Part shown: positions 12,701-26,600 of the stretch, piece after piece
Layout of the letters: each line of letters begins with the position of its first letter
How positions within the stretch are numbered: position 1 is the stretch's first letter
Assembly: GCF_031769215.1 (NCBI RefSeq)
Contig: NW_026782425.1
Span: forward strand, 62,001-126,000
Source: Ylistrum balloti
Lineage: Eukaryota
Direction of reading: 5' to 3'
DNA length: 64,000 nt
Notes under the pieces: generated by a model
Database searches by the model: none
Told to the model about the DNA's origin: nothing
What the model saw: the letters and a program-made list of their open reading frames with translations, nothing else
Translations under genes and position numbers: made by a program

Positions 12701-14534
12701 ACATTATTTTTGTATGTAAATAATAATAAAGGTCATTCTAATAAAAAATCAAATCATATTTGCTCAACAAAATAAATACTTCTTTTAATGGAGATGTGTA
12801 TTTTCTGGCCTATTTTTATGTAAGTTATAATGAAATTTCATGGTATAATTAATACTTCCAGCATCATGAATATCAAATGGTTCAACAAAGTACCAAATGT
12901 TGAAGTGCTACAAAAAGTCAGGATGCAAGGCATTGATACTTTGTTAATACTGTCCCAGTTGAGATTGGCAGGACACCTGGTGCGCATGTCTGATGATAGA
13001 CTGCCAAAACAACAGAAGGGCACAGACTAAGAGGAAGACCAACGCTTCGCTTCAAAGACACCCTGAAAAAGTCGCTCCAGAATTGCAGCATCAACATGGG
13101 CTACTGGGAAACCACCACTTCAAGCAGGTGTGTCTGGAGACAAGTAACAGGAAGGGAACAGCTGCTTACCAACAGGCCAAACCGAGGGCTAAGGCTTAGT
13201 AGCATGCAGCAACCAAGGCCAGAAGTGAATCTAGTGAATTCTCTATACAGTGTCACTTTGGAATCAGATCCCACTTACTGGTGCACAGATAAATCACCAA
13301 TCAAAGTGCTAGGCTGGATCTTATCGTTTTCAAGTAGACCATATATATAATTCTTCAGAACCAAAACTGAAATCTTGCGAAACAGATTTTTATCCTATGA
13401 ATAAATCTATATTTTTTATCATTAAGGAAAGTATCATTCCAATGTTACCTTGGTACTAATGAAGGTACATGACTTAGCCTTAACGTTGATAGTGTCACTC
13501 TCCATCCCTTGTATAACAATACTCTCACTGCTGTTTACATCCAAATCTGAAACAGATCATGTGGCACTTTACATAAAATCTGAATTTATTTTTGAATAGC
13601 CTTTAAAAACTTAGGTTTATTAAAGCAGTATCCCATCAGCAAAATGGTCTAAGGGGAAACAACTCATTTTTTCCCCTTCAGCTGTAGACAGACAGCTGTG
13701 TAATGTATATGCTGTAGATTGCTCATATGATAGGATATAATCAAACATATGATTCTAAGTGTGACATTTGTAATGGTGGTTTTATTATTCAATTATCACT
13801 AGCACTGACTTTGATCCTTATCTACAACATTAATCTGTATCACAATTAAAAGTAAGTCTACCTGTACTTCTATTACTGACTTACCATACTGAACATCATG
13901 TCAGTGTATTATAATGGTGATTGTTTGCATGAAAAGAAGGAGAGAGATTCTAATTTTTGGAAAGAGATGAAATACAAAATTTAAAGATATCAAGAGTGTT
14001 GGAATTACTAGATCTGCCAAGAGTTTATTACCAAATATCCTTACCAAATTTAATTGGTATTTCACAATGACAAGAAATTGGCAGTTTTGCTGCCTTAAAT
14101 CTTCCGTCTACAGTGATTTCTTCTGGGCACATATCGTCGTGGGTGTCAAATTTTACTTCGTACAACTTTGTTAAACCCGATAAAAATTCGTGCACATCAT
14201 CAGTTGCTGGCATTTCAGGAGCAATATACAGCAATCTTATAATCACTTTATTCATGTCGGGATATAGTTGGGGATTAAGACTAGACACGCGGGTTTCAAA
14301 CGGGACATTCAACTTCAGCTTTCCAAAGTGCTGGACTCCACAGCACCATTGTTCCAGTAATCTGTTGACTAAATCCTCCTCAGTGTTGCTATTTGTGTGT
14401 GCACTTCTACCGAGGACGTCTGATGTAAGCAGTTGTTTATTGTTGGATTTCGAGTACACTACCGGTCTGGACAGTTTAACTATTTTACCGATAAACTGTA
14501 CAGTTTTTCTGACGAATAGACTCATCGTTTCCAA
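9711..14534 (-). CDS. FAM185A: FAM185A-like protein (DUF4097/adhesin-like beta repeats, probable mitochondrial presequence), about 401 aa, 7 exons: complement(join(9711..9823,10198..10332,11758..11853,11986..12166,12439..12531,13449..13546,14045..14534))
   Basis: GT-AG introns, continuous frame (1206 nt). EQWCCGVQHFGKLKLNVPFETRVSSLNPQLYPDMNKV resembles recalled human KEWTLQVSPFGRLRARLPCHLAVRPLDPLTYPDGDRV; EIPIKFDLDV resembles APLKFGLDI; TDRLQG resembles IDKLQG; C-terminal DWFQSLNLK resembles SWFQSLKL. The start could be 14534 or 14525. Confidence 0.88.
10421..11537. repeat. Minisatellite, 36-37 bp unit, about 30 copies, in FAM185A intron 5
   Basis: Unit CTTTCTAATGTAGACACCACTGAAGATGTTAGACAC; explains the repetitive ORFs at 10367-11189. 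Confidence 0.95.
12858..13170 (+). mobile_element. 3' fragment of an RTE-clade non-LTR retrotransposon RT ORF, in FAM185A intron 2 (antisense to the gene)
   Basis: IMNIKWFNKVPNVEVLQKVRMQGIDTLLILSQLRLAGHLVRMSDDRLPKQ, then after a deletion/frameshift RGRPTLRFKDTLKKSLQNCSINMGYWETTTSSRCVWR. This is the typical RTE C-terminal pattern (W..kVpN.EVL..., lRw.GHv.RM...R.PK, RGRP..R.KD). Confidence 0.85.
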
Positions 14535-14591
14535 TCACTTTTTAGCAGTTTTAAATTATGTAACTATGTAACCGGCTTCTCTTCTTCTTGA

Positions 14592-14599
14592 CCGGAAGT
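14592..14599. promoter_or_regulatory. ETS/GABP-type site CCGGAAGT upstream of the FAM185A-like gene
   Basis: Perfect CCGGAAGT about 60 bp 5' of the minus-strand ATG at 14534. Confidence 0.45.
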
Positions 14600-16879
14600 T
14601 TTCAATGGAGTGTTTGACGACCGGTGTCGTGTCAAATTTATGACCGTTTCTTGTTAGTACCATATCCTGGATATGATAGACTGGGAATCTAATCATATGT
14701 TTACAAGTTTCAAGTAAAGTTGTATATGCTACATATTTGACAAAATGTGCAGGTTTTGAACTTCTCCTATGCAAGAGATATCGAAAGTGACATAAATTAC
14801 TAATCCCTTTGTAGCATCCAGATGTTTAAATTTGTAGTAGATAAAAATTAACATGCACAGTAGCTTCAGTACATCTTAAAATCAAATGCCCTACGCGAGT
14901 TGTTTTTATAAGAGCTTTTGAAATGATAACTCAAATTCAGGTTGTTATTAAAGGATGTTCTGTTATGTTACCTATCATATTTTACACTCGAGTCCATGTG
15001 TATCGGTAGTAAGTTTCCAAATGTTTTCTTAACCTTATAATCTTATAGTTAATTTTACTATGTAATTTTATTGAAGAAAACCAATTTCTACGTCTTACGA
15101 AAAGACTACAGCACACCATAGACTAACAAGCCCACATTATTCAAATGATGAAAAAGGAGATATAGAAACCTACATAGAGATCAAAAGCTGTATTTTTTTT
15201 TTTTTCAACTCCAATGACATTGAAAATGAATTTCATTTTGTATTGAAATGTAACTTGTTTAATAACCTACGACTTCAGTATATTAAGTCGTTTTACTATA
15301 GAAGACTAAATATTTCAAATTGATTCAGCTATTAGACACTCAAATACGAAAAAATTAGTAAAACTAGGGAAGTTTCTGTCATTAAGTTAAAAAAAATCGA
15401 AAAGATAATTTCTAATTATGTATATGCATTTCACTGCAAGCTCTTTGTTGCAACACTTTATTTGTATATCAAAAAATGTAAAGCATTCTATTGTATGATG
15501 AAAATAACTCAGTATTGTAAATTCCATTATTGACAATTATCTATGTGTATTTCACTCTGCTATGATATACTTGATTGTGAATTGTCTTCGTGCTAGAGTG
15601 TATTTGATATCTACGAATATTTCAGTAGTAAGTTGATATACTTAATTATAGTATTGTGTTAAATGTTACTGCATCAGACTAAATCGATTCATTGTAACAT
15701 GTGGCGGATCTCGTTGTAAATAAAACCTTTGCCCGTTCTTTATTTCATATTAGTTTATTCTTTTTTTTTGTTTTTTATTCATATGGTGCACGTGTGTGAT
15801 AAAATAAGCATCATCCATCTACTGAGTAATGCGCTGTACACGCGCACCATATGTTGGGTACGACAGTAAGTAAATGTATACTACACACCAATGAATGTAA
15901 AAAAATAATCAATTGATAAATAAGAAATAAATCACACAATCATTTCATATAATTACACTCAGATTTTGGACGGAAAGAGAAGATGCGACATTCGTATACT
16001 CCTGGCCATGTTATGAAATGAGAGACCAAATTATAATTACATTGCGAGTAATAAGACAATATCTGTCAAAATTCCCAGAGATTTCATATCATAAAGATAT
16101 CAATATGAGACCAAGTACAATTGTAAACAATAGCATTAAAAAACATGATATTAAGAAAATACCGACATGTCAGCAATGTCAAAATGGATGAAACGATGGA
16201 AGAAAAAAAGAAAGAAAATAAAAGATACACAGAAATCCTTTATTTACTCCAGGAGATAAGAGTCTTCCGTTTCATCTACTGTATCCACTTTGTAAACTTT
16301 GACTAATCAAAGTACATAATGTCATATTCTCAAAAATGAGATCAGGTTACAAATAAACCAAATGAGATGGATTATTTTCCGTGACCATAATTATCCGTCA
16401 GTGTATACGAGTTATCTCCCATGTTCTGCAGTATTCAAACGAAACCTGAAAGATGTACAGAATAAATGAGGAGATATTTGACAAGAATACAGGATGTCAT
16501 GAATAACGTTTAGAATAGACAGGGTGAATTAAAAGTCAGTACAGCTGACGGACGTTATATCATTTATTTTGTCTGTGGCCACAAGAAGACACCAACACGT
16601 CAACATAATCATAACCCAAACTCAGATTTAATAAAACTAGGGCAAAATACAGTAAAACAAGGATAAGTTGCAGTCGACAAGACCAAATGAAATATTCGAC
16701 CTATCCGATGGTTCGACTTAGCAGTGGTTTAGATACGTGTTTCATAGTATGGTGTGACAGTATTTAATGAGTAATAAATAAATAAAAATATTTTGTTATT
16801 TTATACATTAACGATATACTTTATTTAAACAGTTTAAAGTGCGAATAGAAGAAAGATTCTTATGGAGACTCTTAAACAG

Positions 16880-17290
16880 TACTAGGAGAATAAGACCAGG
16901 TGTTCTTCAAGAGTAAGCATCACCAAGAACACCTACCATGTAAATCTGGGTATATCCATTAATGTCATGTTTTCAAACGAGTACACTACAATAAGGGAAC
17001 CAACATGTATGATAAAGATCACCAATCACGTCCAGCTTCATGTCACACACGGAATGTTTATCAATGAGATCAATATGTCGACCCGAAATCTTCCCCAAAT
17101 AATCTTTATCAACCTGCCCCTCTTGAAACCCTGTGATATAAGTTTGTCATTTGACGACTTCTTCCATAAAATCGGGATATTGGGAAGCGGGCCTTGAATA
17201 TAAAGTCAACTGCGACATGTAAACACCAAAGGTTGGGGAGGTAGCGATGTTTCTATTCAGAACTGGAAAATTCACACTAGGGAAATCATC
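16880..17290 (-). mobile_element. C-terminal fragment of a Penelope-like element RT
   Basis: Minus strand reads DDFPSVNFPVLNRNIATSPTFGVYMSQLTLYSRPASQYPDF, then frameshifted KLISQGFKRGRL...GRHIDLIDKHS, as in mollusc PLE RT tails I recall (DDFnFpIVNFPFL.SNIP..PAYGVYISQLIRY.RAC). Confidence 0.75.
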
Positions 17291-18145
17291 AAACAGTTTA
17301 AACGTAATCATGCATATATCACATGTGCTTGGACCAATTACATTTTTAGATTAACCTAGGTCTCGATTGTGTTAAAGTTCTAAATGATAAAATAATAGTT
17401 ATACAAATATTGGCTTGCTTTTTGTTTTCTTTGTTTTTCTATATGTTTGGGTTTTTTCACCAAAAAATCTTCCTATTTTCTGCCGAATTCTGCGTCACCA
17501 GTTGAGTGTTTTTATAATACAGAACCAAAAATAAATAAATGGCAAAGAGTAGAAAGACAAATATGAATATCAAAGTGCTGTCATTGAAGTAGAATTAAAA
17601 AACCTTTCCATTTCAATGACGGATTGTTATACATTAAAAACTTGGGCTTGCTTTTCTGCCATATTATTAGAACCTTGTCATCACATTTCGATAACCGCCG
17701 TTTCCCTAACAAGTACCCTTGAATGGCTCTTCTTCAATGGTGTGTGAATACAAGAGACATCTTTTCCATGTACGATTTTCCGAGAGTATTGAAACCGATA
17801 GAACGCCATGTTTAAAGGGCTTTGAGTAATGAAAACCCCACATGACTAAGACGAACGATATGTGTTTAATACATTCCTTTGAAAAATACTCGCCTACACG
17901 GCTTTACTTTCTGTAATGTGGTTATACAAATAATACCATTTTAGATTTAAATGTATAAGGTTAAGAAATATGTAAGGATGGTTCTGCTATTTAATCCCTG
18001 TCATCAAACTATAGTCAACTTTTTTTCCTTTTAGAATAGAAAGACGCGTACTTCCTCGAATTTCATACTTACATACCGATACATGTATATCGTAATCCCC
18101 ACTCCCGTCCGGAGCACGAGAATTTTAATATACAGACATTCTGTT

Positions 18146-18187
<42 letters not shown>
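18146..18187. repeat. (ATC)14 microsatellite followed by a T run
   Basis: Direct reading; source of the poly-Met and poly-Ile ORFs. Confidence 0.95.
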
Positions 18188-19459
18188 TTTTTTTTTTGTT
18201 TTGTTACATTTTTTAAGATTATCATTTTCCGTTTTCAATACCATTTCAAACAACTGACATTTCTAATAGTGTTCATTCATAAATGATGGGAGTTTATAAC
18301 TGGTTAGGTTCTATATATTTTAAAAAAATCATACCGACTTGACCAACTATTATCTATATGATAATGACAATCACCCGTTAATTTGAATACAATCCTGCGA
18401 TCATCTTAACATCACATCAATATTACTTGGTATCGACAATATACCTGATAATGATAGGTATATTACAAATGTAATGACATTCCTACCGTAGATTTATTTC
18501 ATTACAAAAAATTACTGATTATAGCGCAATTTACAATGAATCATGCTCAGCACATGGTCATCAGTCAATATTATCGTGTGCATTGTGATATTAGCTACGT
18601 AACAATTCGGTAGACTGGGCCAGCTTGATTGAATTTACATCTACACATAATGTTTTATCAGACATTAGCTACAGCGATGTATCTGTCGACAACATTACAT
18701 GATACCACATTGTGTTAACTAAAACAGACGATAAGGTGTTTATAAGTACTAATCAAACAAATGTTCTGTATGTTATAATCGTTTTACGATTTTACATGTA
18801 TTTTGATTTTTAAAATCGGAAACCTATTAGCAATTAAACAACCAAACATCAAAATGATCTTCATTATCTGAAAGTCAAGCATTACACATCTTCAGGCATA
18901 TTTCCATTTCTGTTTGGGTTTTTTTTTGAAACATTTTTTAATGAAACCTGACGCAACATGCTCCTTATCGAGGTAACTTGGTTGAGTAAACATCGGCCAT
19001 GGAGACAATATATAACTCATTATCCTGTATACAACTAATTGACAGACACTTGAAAGGCACTACTATTCTGCCTACCTTAGGTAAAGGTCATTTTAAAGTT
19101 AATTATATACACAAGATTAAATAGACCCAGGTGCGGTGTTAAGACGATAAATACCTCTACACTATAACTTCCAGTTTGTTTTCCTGATACCATAGTGAAC
19201 GTGATTGAAAACAGACCGGTAATATTAGCCTCTCTATAATATTCGGCGATTGCCAAAATTTAATAGATCTTGCTTTGAAACGAAACTTTTAAAATCACTG
19301 GCCGTTTTGTAAATCGATTTGTAAACCCTGTGTTAGTAACATAACATAGCTACAATCAACTGACCTATATTAACTATCATTAAGCAATCAATTAAAATAA
19401 GTTTATATGTTATCCATTAACAGATGCTCTTAGTTATATCTTTCTTAAAAATAATACAG

Positions 19460-19932
19460 AACTACTGAATCAATTAAACATAACCAGACCAATCAACCAC
19501 TGAATCAATTAAACATAACCAGACCTATCAACCACTGAATCAATTAAACATAACCAGACCTATCAACCACTGAATCAATTAAACATAACCTTACATATCA
19601 ACTAATGAATCAATTAAACATAACCAGACCAATCAACTACTGAATCAATTAAACATAACCAGACCTATCAACCACTGAATCAATTAAACATAACCAGACC
19701 AATCAACCACTGAATCAATTAAACATAACCAGACATATCAACCACTGAATCAATTAAACATAACCAGACCAATCAACCACTGAATCAATTAAACATAACC
19801 AGACCAATCAACCACTGAATCAATTAAACATAACCAGACCAATCAACCACTGAATCAATTAAACATAACCAGACCAATCAACCACTGAATCAGTTAAACA
19901 TAACCAGATATATCAACCAATGAATGAATTAA
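19460..19932. repeat. Minisatellite, 35 bp unit, about 13 copies
   Basis: Unit ACTGAATCAATTAAACATAACCAGACCAATCAACC. Confidence 0.95.
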
Positions 19933-20139
19933 CAAACAAGTGACTTCTGTTTCATTCTTTGTGCCAGTTAACTGAATCAATAAGTCTATTTGTCAGATTT
20001 CAATAGTAAACAATGGGTATATTTACTTCAATACATGGATAACGGTAAAGTAATTAATGCCCTGCTTCCTGGTTCTCTGAGGACTGAGTTTACAGTCCAA
20101 TTACCTTAATCAAAGGTTGTCTTGCCTTTCAATGGTTGC

Positions 20140-20735
20140 TATGTCTATAAATGATCGTCTTTACCACCTATCAATATTTCCCTCTACCTACATATGATCG
20201 CCCTGCCTGTCTATCAATGGTTGCCCTGTCTATCAATGGTTGCCCTGTCTATATATGATCGCCCTGTCCACCTATCAGTGATTGCCCTGTCTATATATGA
20301 TCGCCTGGCTTGCCTGTCAATGGTTGCCCTGTCTATTAATGGTTGCCCTATCTATCAATGGTTGCCCTGTCTATATATGGTCGCCATGTCCGCCTGTCAA
20401 TGGTTGCCCTGTCTATATATGATCGCCCTGTCCGCCTATCAATGATTGCCCTGTCTATATATGGTCGCCCTGCCCGCCTATCAATGGCTGCCCTGTCTAT
20501 ATATGGTCGCCCTGCCCGCCTATCAATGGTTACCCTATCAATGATCGCCTTGACCGCCTATCAATGGTTTCCCTGTCTATCAATGGTTTCCCTATCTATC
20601 GATGGCTGCCCTGTCTATATATGGTCGCCATGCCCGCCTATCAATGGTTGCCCTGTCTATGAATGGTTGCCCTGTCTATCATGGTCAACTTGTCTACCTT
20701 TCAATGGTACCGGTTGCCCCGTTTGGTTACCCTGT
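20140..20735. repeat. Degenerate minisatellite of 19-23 bp units (ATGGTTGCCCTGTCTATCA / ATGATCGCCCTGTCCGCCTATCA)
   Basis: Two interleaved unit variants; source of the repetitive ORFs at 20194-20875. Confidence 0.9.
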
Positions 20736-22657
20736 TTTTAAACAGTCGCCTTTCTTGTCCTTCATTAACCTACATACTAACATGCCTGCCAATGGTTGCT
20801 CACAACAGTTACCCAACTTACTGCGATTTTAGCCAGTTTAGTATGTTTCTAGATATCAATGATCATCTGAACTAAAATAATTCTAATGTAATGGGGAGTC
20901 TATAAATCATCAATATCGCGTTTCCCCATAAAGCTGGTCTCTAACACGGTAATATTAAAAGAACTACGGTGAGATCAATAGAAACCAGTAAGCGCCATGT
21001 GTATATCACACACACAACTCGACATCTGGATAAAAAGCCTATTTACGGGAGTTAAGGTATGCATCAGTTCATTTGAACAGGCCCATTTACCTTGAACCGA
21101 ATTCATTTTGTTTATTTTGATGGTCGTCTTGACGTTAGGAATTCGATATCAACATAAACTCCATAATGGTTGTATGTGTGGCAGTAGAAAATAATGTATT
21201 CGCCCAATATACGACCATAATGCCTCGTAACAACTCTGACTTTCAATCTACGCTATTCAGTGAGCCAGGCAATAATATAACACATATTCTACAAAAAATA
21301 CAAAATAAGCAATTTGTGGTACTGCGCTAATTGTACAATTAATTATATACAAATCCCACTGCTGTATACATAACCATTGATGGCAATGGCTTTAATCAAT
21401 TTTATTGTTTCATTGAGATATAACATTTGTTGGTAAAATGTAGGAATCCGCTCGGAGTATTTAACGTGTAAACAAAGAAAACAAATTGCCTTGGTCAAAA
21501 TACACCTAGTGTGATTGTTAATGACAAAGTCCTACTATTTTAAAGTAATGTTTGTATGACAGAAGAAGTGTCCTATCGAGGCTTCATCTATCTACACACT
21601 GTATTTGTGATGTTTGTTTTGAATAATAATGTATTTCCATTGTCGGTTTCTGATTTAGTGTGATAATGACATGTTTACTACGTTTCGCCAATAACACATT
21701 CCAATTTTTACATGTTGTTGGTAACCTTTGATCTAAATCTATAACGATATAAACCGTCAGGTTTTTGTATAGAAAACCAATATAGATTTTTTGGAACGTT
21801 TTCAAGATTTTAATTTAACGACTTGTTGCATCAGACGTAAGTAACAGTCTGTTGATATTACAGCATATGATGTAATATATTTTAATTTTGAATGTTCAAT
21901 ATATTTCTTTTTTTGTTTTTCTTGTTGTGTGTTGTTTTACACGTCATGTGCTTGTTTGTTTCTTAACGAATCAGGCACCGTGTCTAGGATTATAGAGTTT
22001 AAAACAACATTAACAGAATGTGTATCTATCTGCAATATACATACATGGTATATAGATTTCACTTTATTCAGAGATGCGTTCGTACAAAACTGGATATTGT
22101 ACAGACGAATCTTGAGGTTTTCGATGTTTCGTGGGAAAGTATGATTTTAGTCACCATTTTGTCTACTCTGAGTGCCATCATAAATATAATTATGTACATG
22201 TATTTTAAAGGTATTTTAAACGACGTTTTATAATTATCTTGAACCACGCACAGGTAATTAAACTGCTATTGACCAGCTCCAACCTGACTACCGCTGTCTG
22301 AAAACATACACATCTAATGTTTCGAACACTGTACATTTTTACTGTCAATGAGATCCAAGGGTGACACCTAAAGTTACGTTTTATTGACATATACCCATAT
22401 TGCTAAGTGATTTAAACTGACGTATATTTAAAGGGCAACAAACGATCATACAGATATAACTGTTGTAAGGCAAGCCAACGTATCAAGGAGCAATGTCGCT
22501 CCATATTCCATTTCATATTTCATTTCAATGATGTGTTACAAGGTATATCAAATATCGTATTCGAATATGTGTATAAGATATCACGTATATCATACAAGAT
22601 ACATCTTTATATACATATCTCATATATACCATATTTTATATAAAATGTTTTTTATTT

Positions 22658-24031
22658 ATATAGAATATAGTAAGTAATATCGACGGTATGGTCCAATATT
22701 GGTACTGGATCTTCTATATATAGAATCTAGTAAGTAATATCGACGGTATGGTCCAATATTGGTACTGGATCTTCTATATATAGAATCTAGTAAGTAATAT
22801 CGACGGTATGGTCCAATATTGGTACTGGATCTTCTATATATAGAATCTAGTAAGTAATATCGACGGTATGGTCCAATATTGGTACTGGATCTTCTATATA
22901 TAGAATCTAGTAAGTAATATCGACGGTATGGTCCAATATTGGTACTGGATCTTCTATATATAGAATATAGTAAGTAATATCGACGGTATGGTCCAATATT
23001 GGTACTGGATTTTCTATATATAGAATCTAGTAAGTAATATCGACGGTATGGTCCAATATTGGTACTGGATCTTCTATATATAGAATCTAGTAAGTAATAT
23101 CGACGGTATGGTCCAATATTGGTACTGGATCTTCTATATATAGAATATAGTAAGTAATATCGACGGTATGGTCCAATATTGGTACTGGATCTTCTATATA
23201 TAGAATATAGTAAGTAATATCGACGGTATGGTCCAATATTGGTACTGGATTTTCTATATATAGAATCTAGTAAGTAATATCGACGGTATGGTCCAATATT
23301 GGTACTGGATCTTCTATATATAGAATCTAGTAAGTAATATCGACGGTATGGTCCAATATTGGTACTGGATTTTCTATATATAGAATCTAGTAAGTAATAT
23401 CGACGGTATGGTCCAATATTGGTACTGGATCTTCTATATATAGAATCTAGTAAGTAATATCGACGGTATGGTCCAATATTGGTACTGGATCTTCTATATA
23501 TAGAATATAGTAAGTAATATCGACGGTATGGTCCAATATTGGTACTGGATTTTCTATATATAGAATCTAGTAAGTAATATCGACGGTATGGTCCAATATT
23601 GGTACTGGATCTTCTATATATAGAATATAGTAAGTAATATCGACGGTATGGTCCAATATTGGTACTGGATCTTCTATATATAGAATCTAGTAAGTAATAT
23701 CGACGGTATGGTCCAATATTGGTACTGGATCTTCTATATATAGAATCTAGTAAGTAATATCGACGGTATGGTCCAATATTGGTACTGGATCTTCTATATA
23801 TAGAATCTAGTAAGTAATATCGACGGTATGGTCCAATATTGGTACTGGATCTTCTATATATAGAATATAGTAAGTAATATCGACGGTATGGTCCAATATT
23901 GGTACTGGATCTTCTATATATAGAATATAGTAAGTAATATCGACGGTATGGTCCAATATTGGTACTGGATCTTCTATATATAGAATCTAGTAAGTAATAT
24001 CGACGGTATGGTCCAATATTGGTACTGGATC
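22658..24031. repeat. Highly homogeneous 60 bp tandem array, about 23 copies
   Basis: Unit TAGTAAGTAATATCGACGGTATGGTCCAATATTGGTACTGGATCTTCTATATATAGAATC; only two variable positions among the full units. Confidence 0.98.
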
Positions 24032-26137
24032 CTAACAAACAAATGTTCGTTGGATGTGTATTACTGGAATAGATATATGATCAATAAAGTAATAGCAACA
24101 GTACGGACGAGCGAATTGTCAAATTTTCGAGACAATCTGTCCCTTTATCAAGAAACAAATATTACATAAATTACATCACATACGTATAACATAAAACAAA
24201 TACAAAGTTATAAACTGAAATCGAGAACAATAGCGTAAGTTTAGCTGTCTCGTATAATCCTTTCGGCCGCTGGACACCGATTGCCCTTTATAACGGACAC
24301 AAAAAACGACCATTAGTTGTTGTATGGAAGATGGTGATTAAAATATCAAAAATGGTTTATATTTATCTCGGTATGTTTTGAACTCAGACACTGTGCGTAT
24401 TTGTGATCGCAACGAAAACAATAGTATATCACGCTATATATTTTATATATCATATTTACTATAACTCATTTATCATTTAAGAGAAATCGTGTTTCTATGT
24501 CTTATACATATTACATAAATCTCATATCAAAGAGAAATCTTTATTTTTTTATGTATATCTTCTATATTTGATATAAAGTTATGCCATTTTGTATATAATG
24601 CGAAGTCTTGTTTTGCAGAGAATATCTTAAATAGGGACGAGACTTTGTCAAACTTTCAAACTCGAGCACCGTCACACGAAAGTCGAGTGTGTCATTGGAC
24701 AAATCGTGATATCTTCTGACACAGGGAGAGCGGGGTTTTATCGTTTTTATGACCTATAATACGTTCTGACATGGACAAACAATCTCGTTTCTCAATGCAT
24801 TTCTCGACATCGTCGAGCAGAATATCCCTTTCGTCACTGATCGCATATTCCGAATGATTCTTTAAGAGACTTAAGCTTTCCTTTACCAGCCACGAAGTCG
24901 CATTCTATGTATGATATCTCTCATAGAAAAGAGATTTCAATTATGCAATTATCTCGTATACGACAAAGGATATCCGATGTATTTCAGAAATTATTCTTTA
25001 TAAGATCCAGTTAGATATCTTGTATAATGTTTATCTTATATGCTAAATATAAATATCTTATATGCTAATCAAAAATATCTTATTTAACTTTTACACAAGA
25101 TATATATCTAATATAATGTATAGACTATCTTATATATTAAGTAATATCTAAGTAAGTAGCACCATTACACATACCGGCTAAGTGTGTCTTACATATATGA
25201 TGCACTAAGTGCAGATTTATTTAGATAGATATGATGGATATCTAGATTATCGCATGCATGTCTAATTAATGGGTATACGATACATTGTTTCTCGTACATA
25301 ATTATACATATTTGATCAACAATGTACAGGTGCAGACAAGACGTCTGATATTTTTAACTCTACAAACACTATTACATATGTGCACTGCTCCATAATCTTA
25401 TCTTTCCAAGAAACCTATTTCCAACTGACAATGCTCAAATATTGTAATTTTTCGGAGAACTATATAACAATCGGAATACGGGTCCCCCTCTGTTGATATT
25501 GAATTCCTAGTTTCACAAGAATCTTTAATATCATCATTTTATTGCTGGCTCTCACCAAAGCCTTTATCGAAATTTCCTTCACCACATTGTTCACTTTTAG
25601 ATCTATTTATGGTCTTCTTGCAATAATGCACATCAATAGTGATTTTAACAGTATGTCGAATGTAAAAAGCAGAATGGAGCTTTTGATTAATCTTGAAAAT
25701 CCGCTTATGAGCAACCTATCTCCCATAAAAACACTTGAAGTTTTCTTACTGTATACTATAACATCTCGTTATTTACTATTGGAACACACTCATTCTCTAG
25801 TTATAAGTAGCCTATGTCTGATCTGAAGTAATCTGAGCCGCAAAATGTCAAGTAAATTTGTTAGTATATAGCAATCTTCAAATGTCACAATTTCCTTGGC
25901 ATATATCGTTAGCTAAGAAAACCATGTGATCTGAGTGATACAGGTTGATGAAAGGAACAGAAAAATGTTTCGGTTGTTAGTTTTCTCGAGGGTTGCACTG
26001 TAAGTAACTCGTTTCTCATTATGAGAACCTGCAATTAATTAGACTGACATAGAAAGATAATATCAGATGTATCCTTCTCCGACCTTTTCTAAGACATTGG
26101 AGTAAGAACCTTCTTGCTCTCCATACATAGGTATTTC

Positions 26138-26206
26138 GGGTTTGGTCAGTCGGTAGAGCATCGGTCAACCTCGGGTGAAAGTGTTTGTTGTTCTATCCCT
26201 GTTAGG
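26138..26206 (+). mobile_element. Possible decayed tRNA-derived SINE head
   Basis: A-box-like TGGTCAGTCGGTAGAGC (26143-26159) and B-box-like GTTCTATCCC (26190-26199); no cloverleaf. Confidence 0.3.
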
Positions 26207-26456
26207 AAATATTTGTGCTTTTCGGGAAGATGAAATAACGATCTGTTCTATACAGTCTGGTATATGTCTTTGGCCAGACCACTTTATCATAAATTCTTAC
26301 GATATCATGAGGCTGACATCCCACATGGTAACCATAGTATTCACTCCAATGTGATATTATCTCTAAATTACTCTATTTTTCCATAGGTCGGACATCACCG
26401 TTCATTTAAAAAAATCATAATTAGATAGTATAGAACAAAATAATGACTAACCTATC

Positions 26457-26600
26457 TCATACAGCTGTTTCGTCTTTCTGGAACATCAGTGATGCTGACG
26501 TCCTAAATCTTAAAACAAGGAGGCGATTGAGCAAAACAGAAATTGATCGAATGAAATGTCAGAACTAAATGGAGCGGTGTATCAGCTCTATGAAAGCAGC
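26457..26600 (-). mobile_element. Dispersed repeat copy 1 ending in a degenerate minimal hammerhead motif
   Basis: Aligns by eye over about 150 bp with 48594..48720 (+) and 54019..54155 (-). The end reads GCATCA CTGATG-TTCC AGAAA GAC GAAAC AGCT GTA TGA. Confidence 0.65.

Noticed and set aside
14113-14774. ORFs 14113-14571 (+) and 14556-14774 (-)
   Set aside because: The first is an antisense shadow of FAM185A exon 1; the second lies in its promoter region and has no recognisable motif.
18031-18286. Poly-Met and poly-Ile ORFs
   Set aside because: Translation of the (ATC)14 microsatellite.
21560-21805. Minus-strand AGATGAAGCCTCGATAGGAC plus an ORF with YIG, as a possible GIY-YIG and hammerhead relic
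   Set aside because: Too degenerate: no CUGA or GAAA core, no second copy in the window and no other GIY-YIG motifs.
22656-24038. 460 aa minus-strand ORF of 20-aa repeats
   Set aside because: A stop-free frame of a 60-bp unit. Variation is limited to two sites, and there is no unique coding flank or splice evidence.
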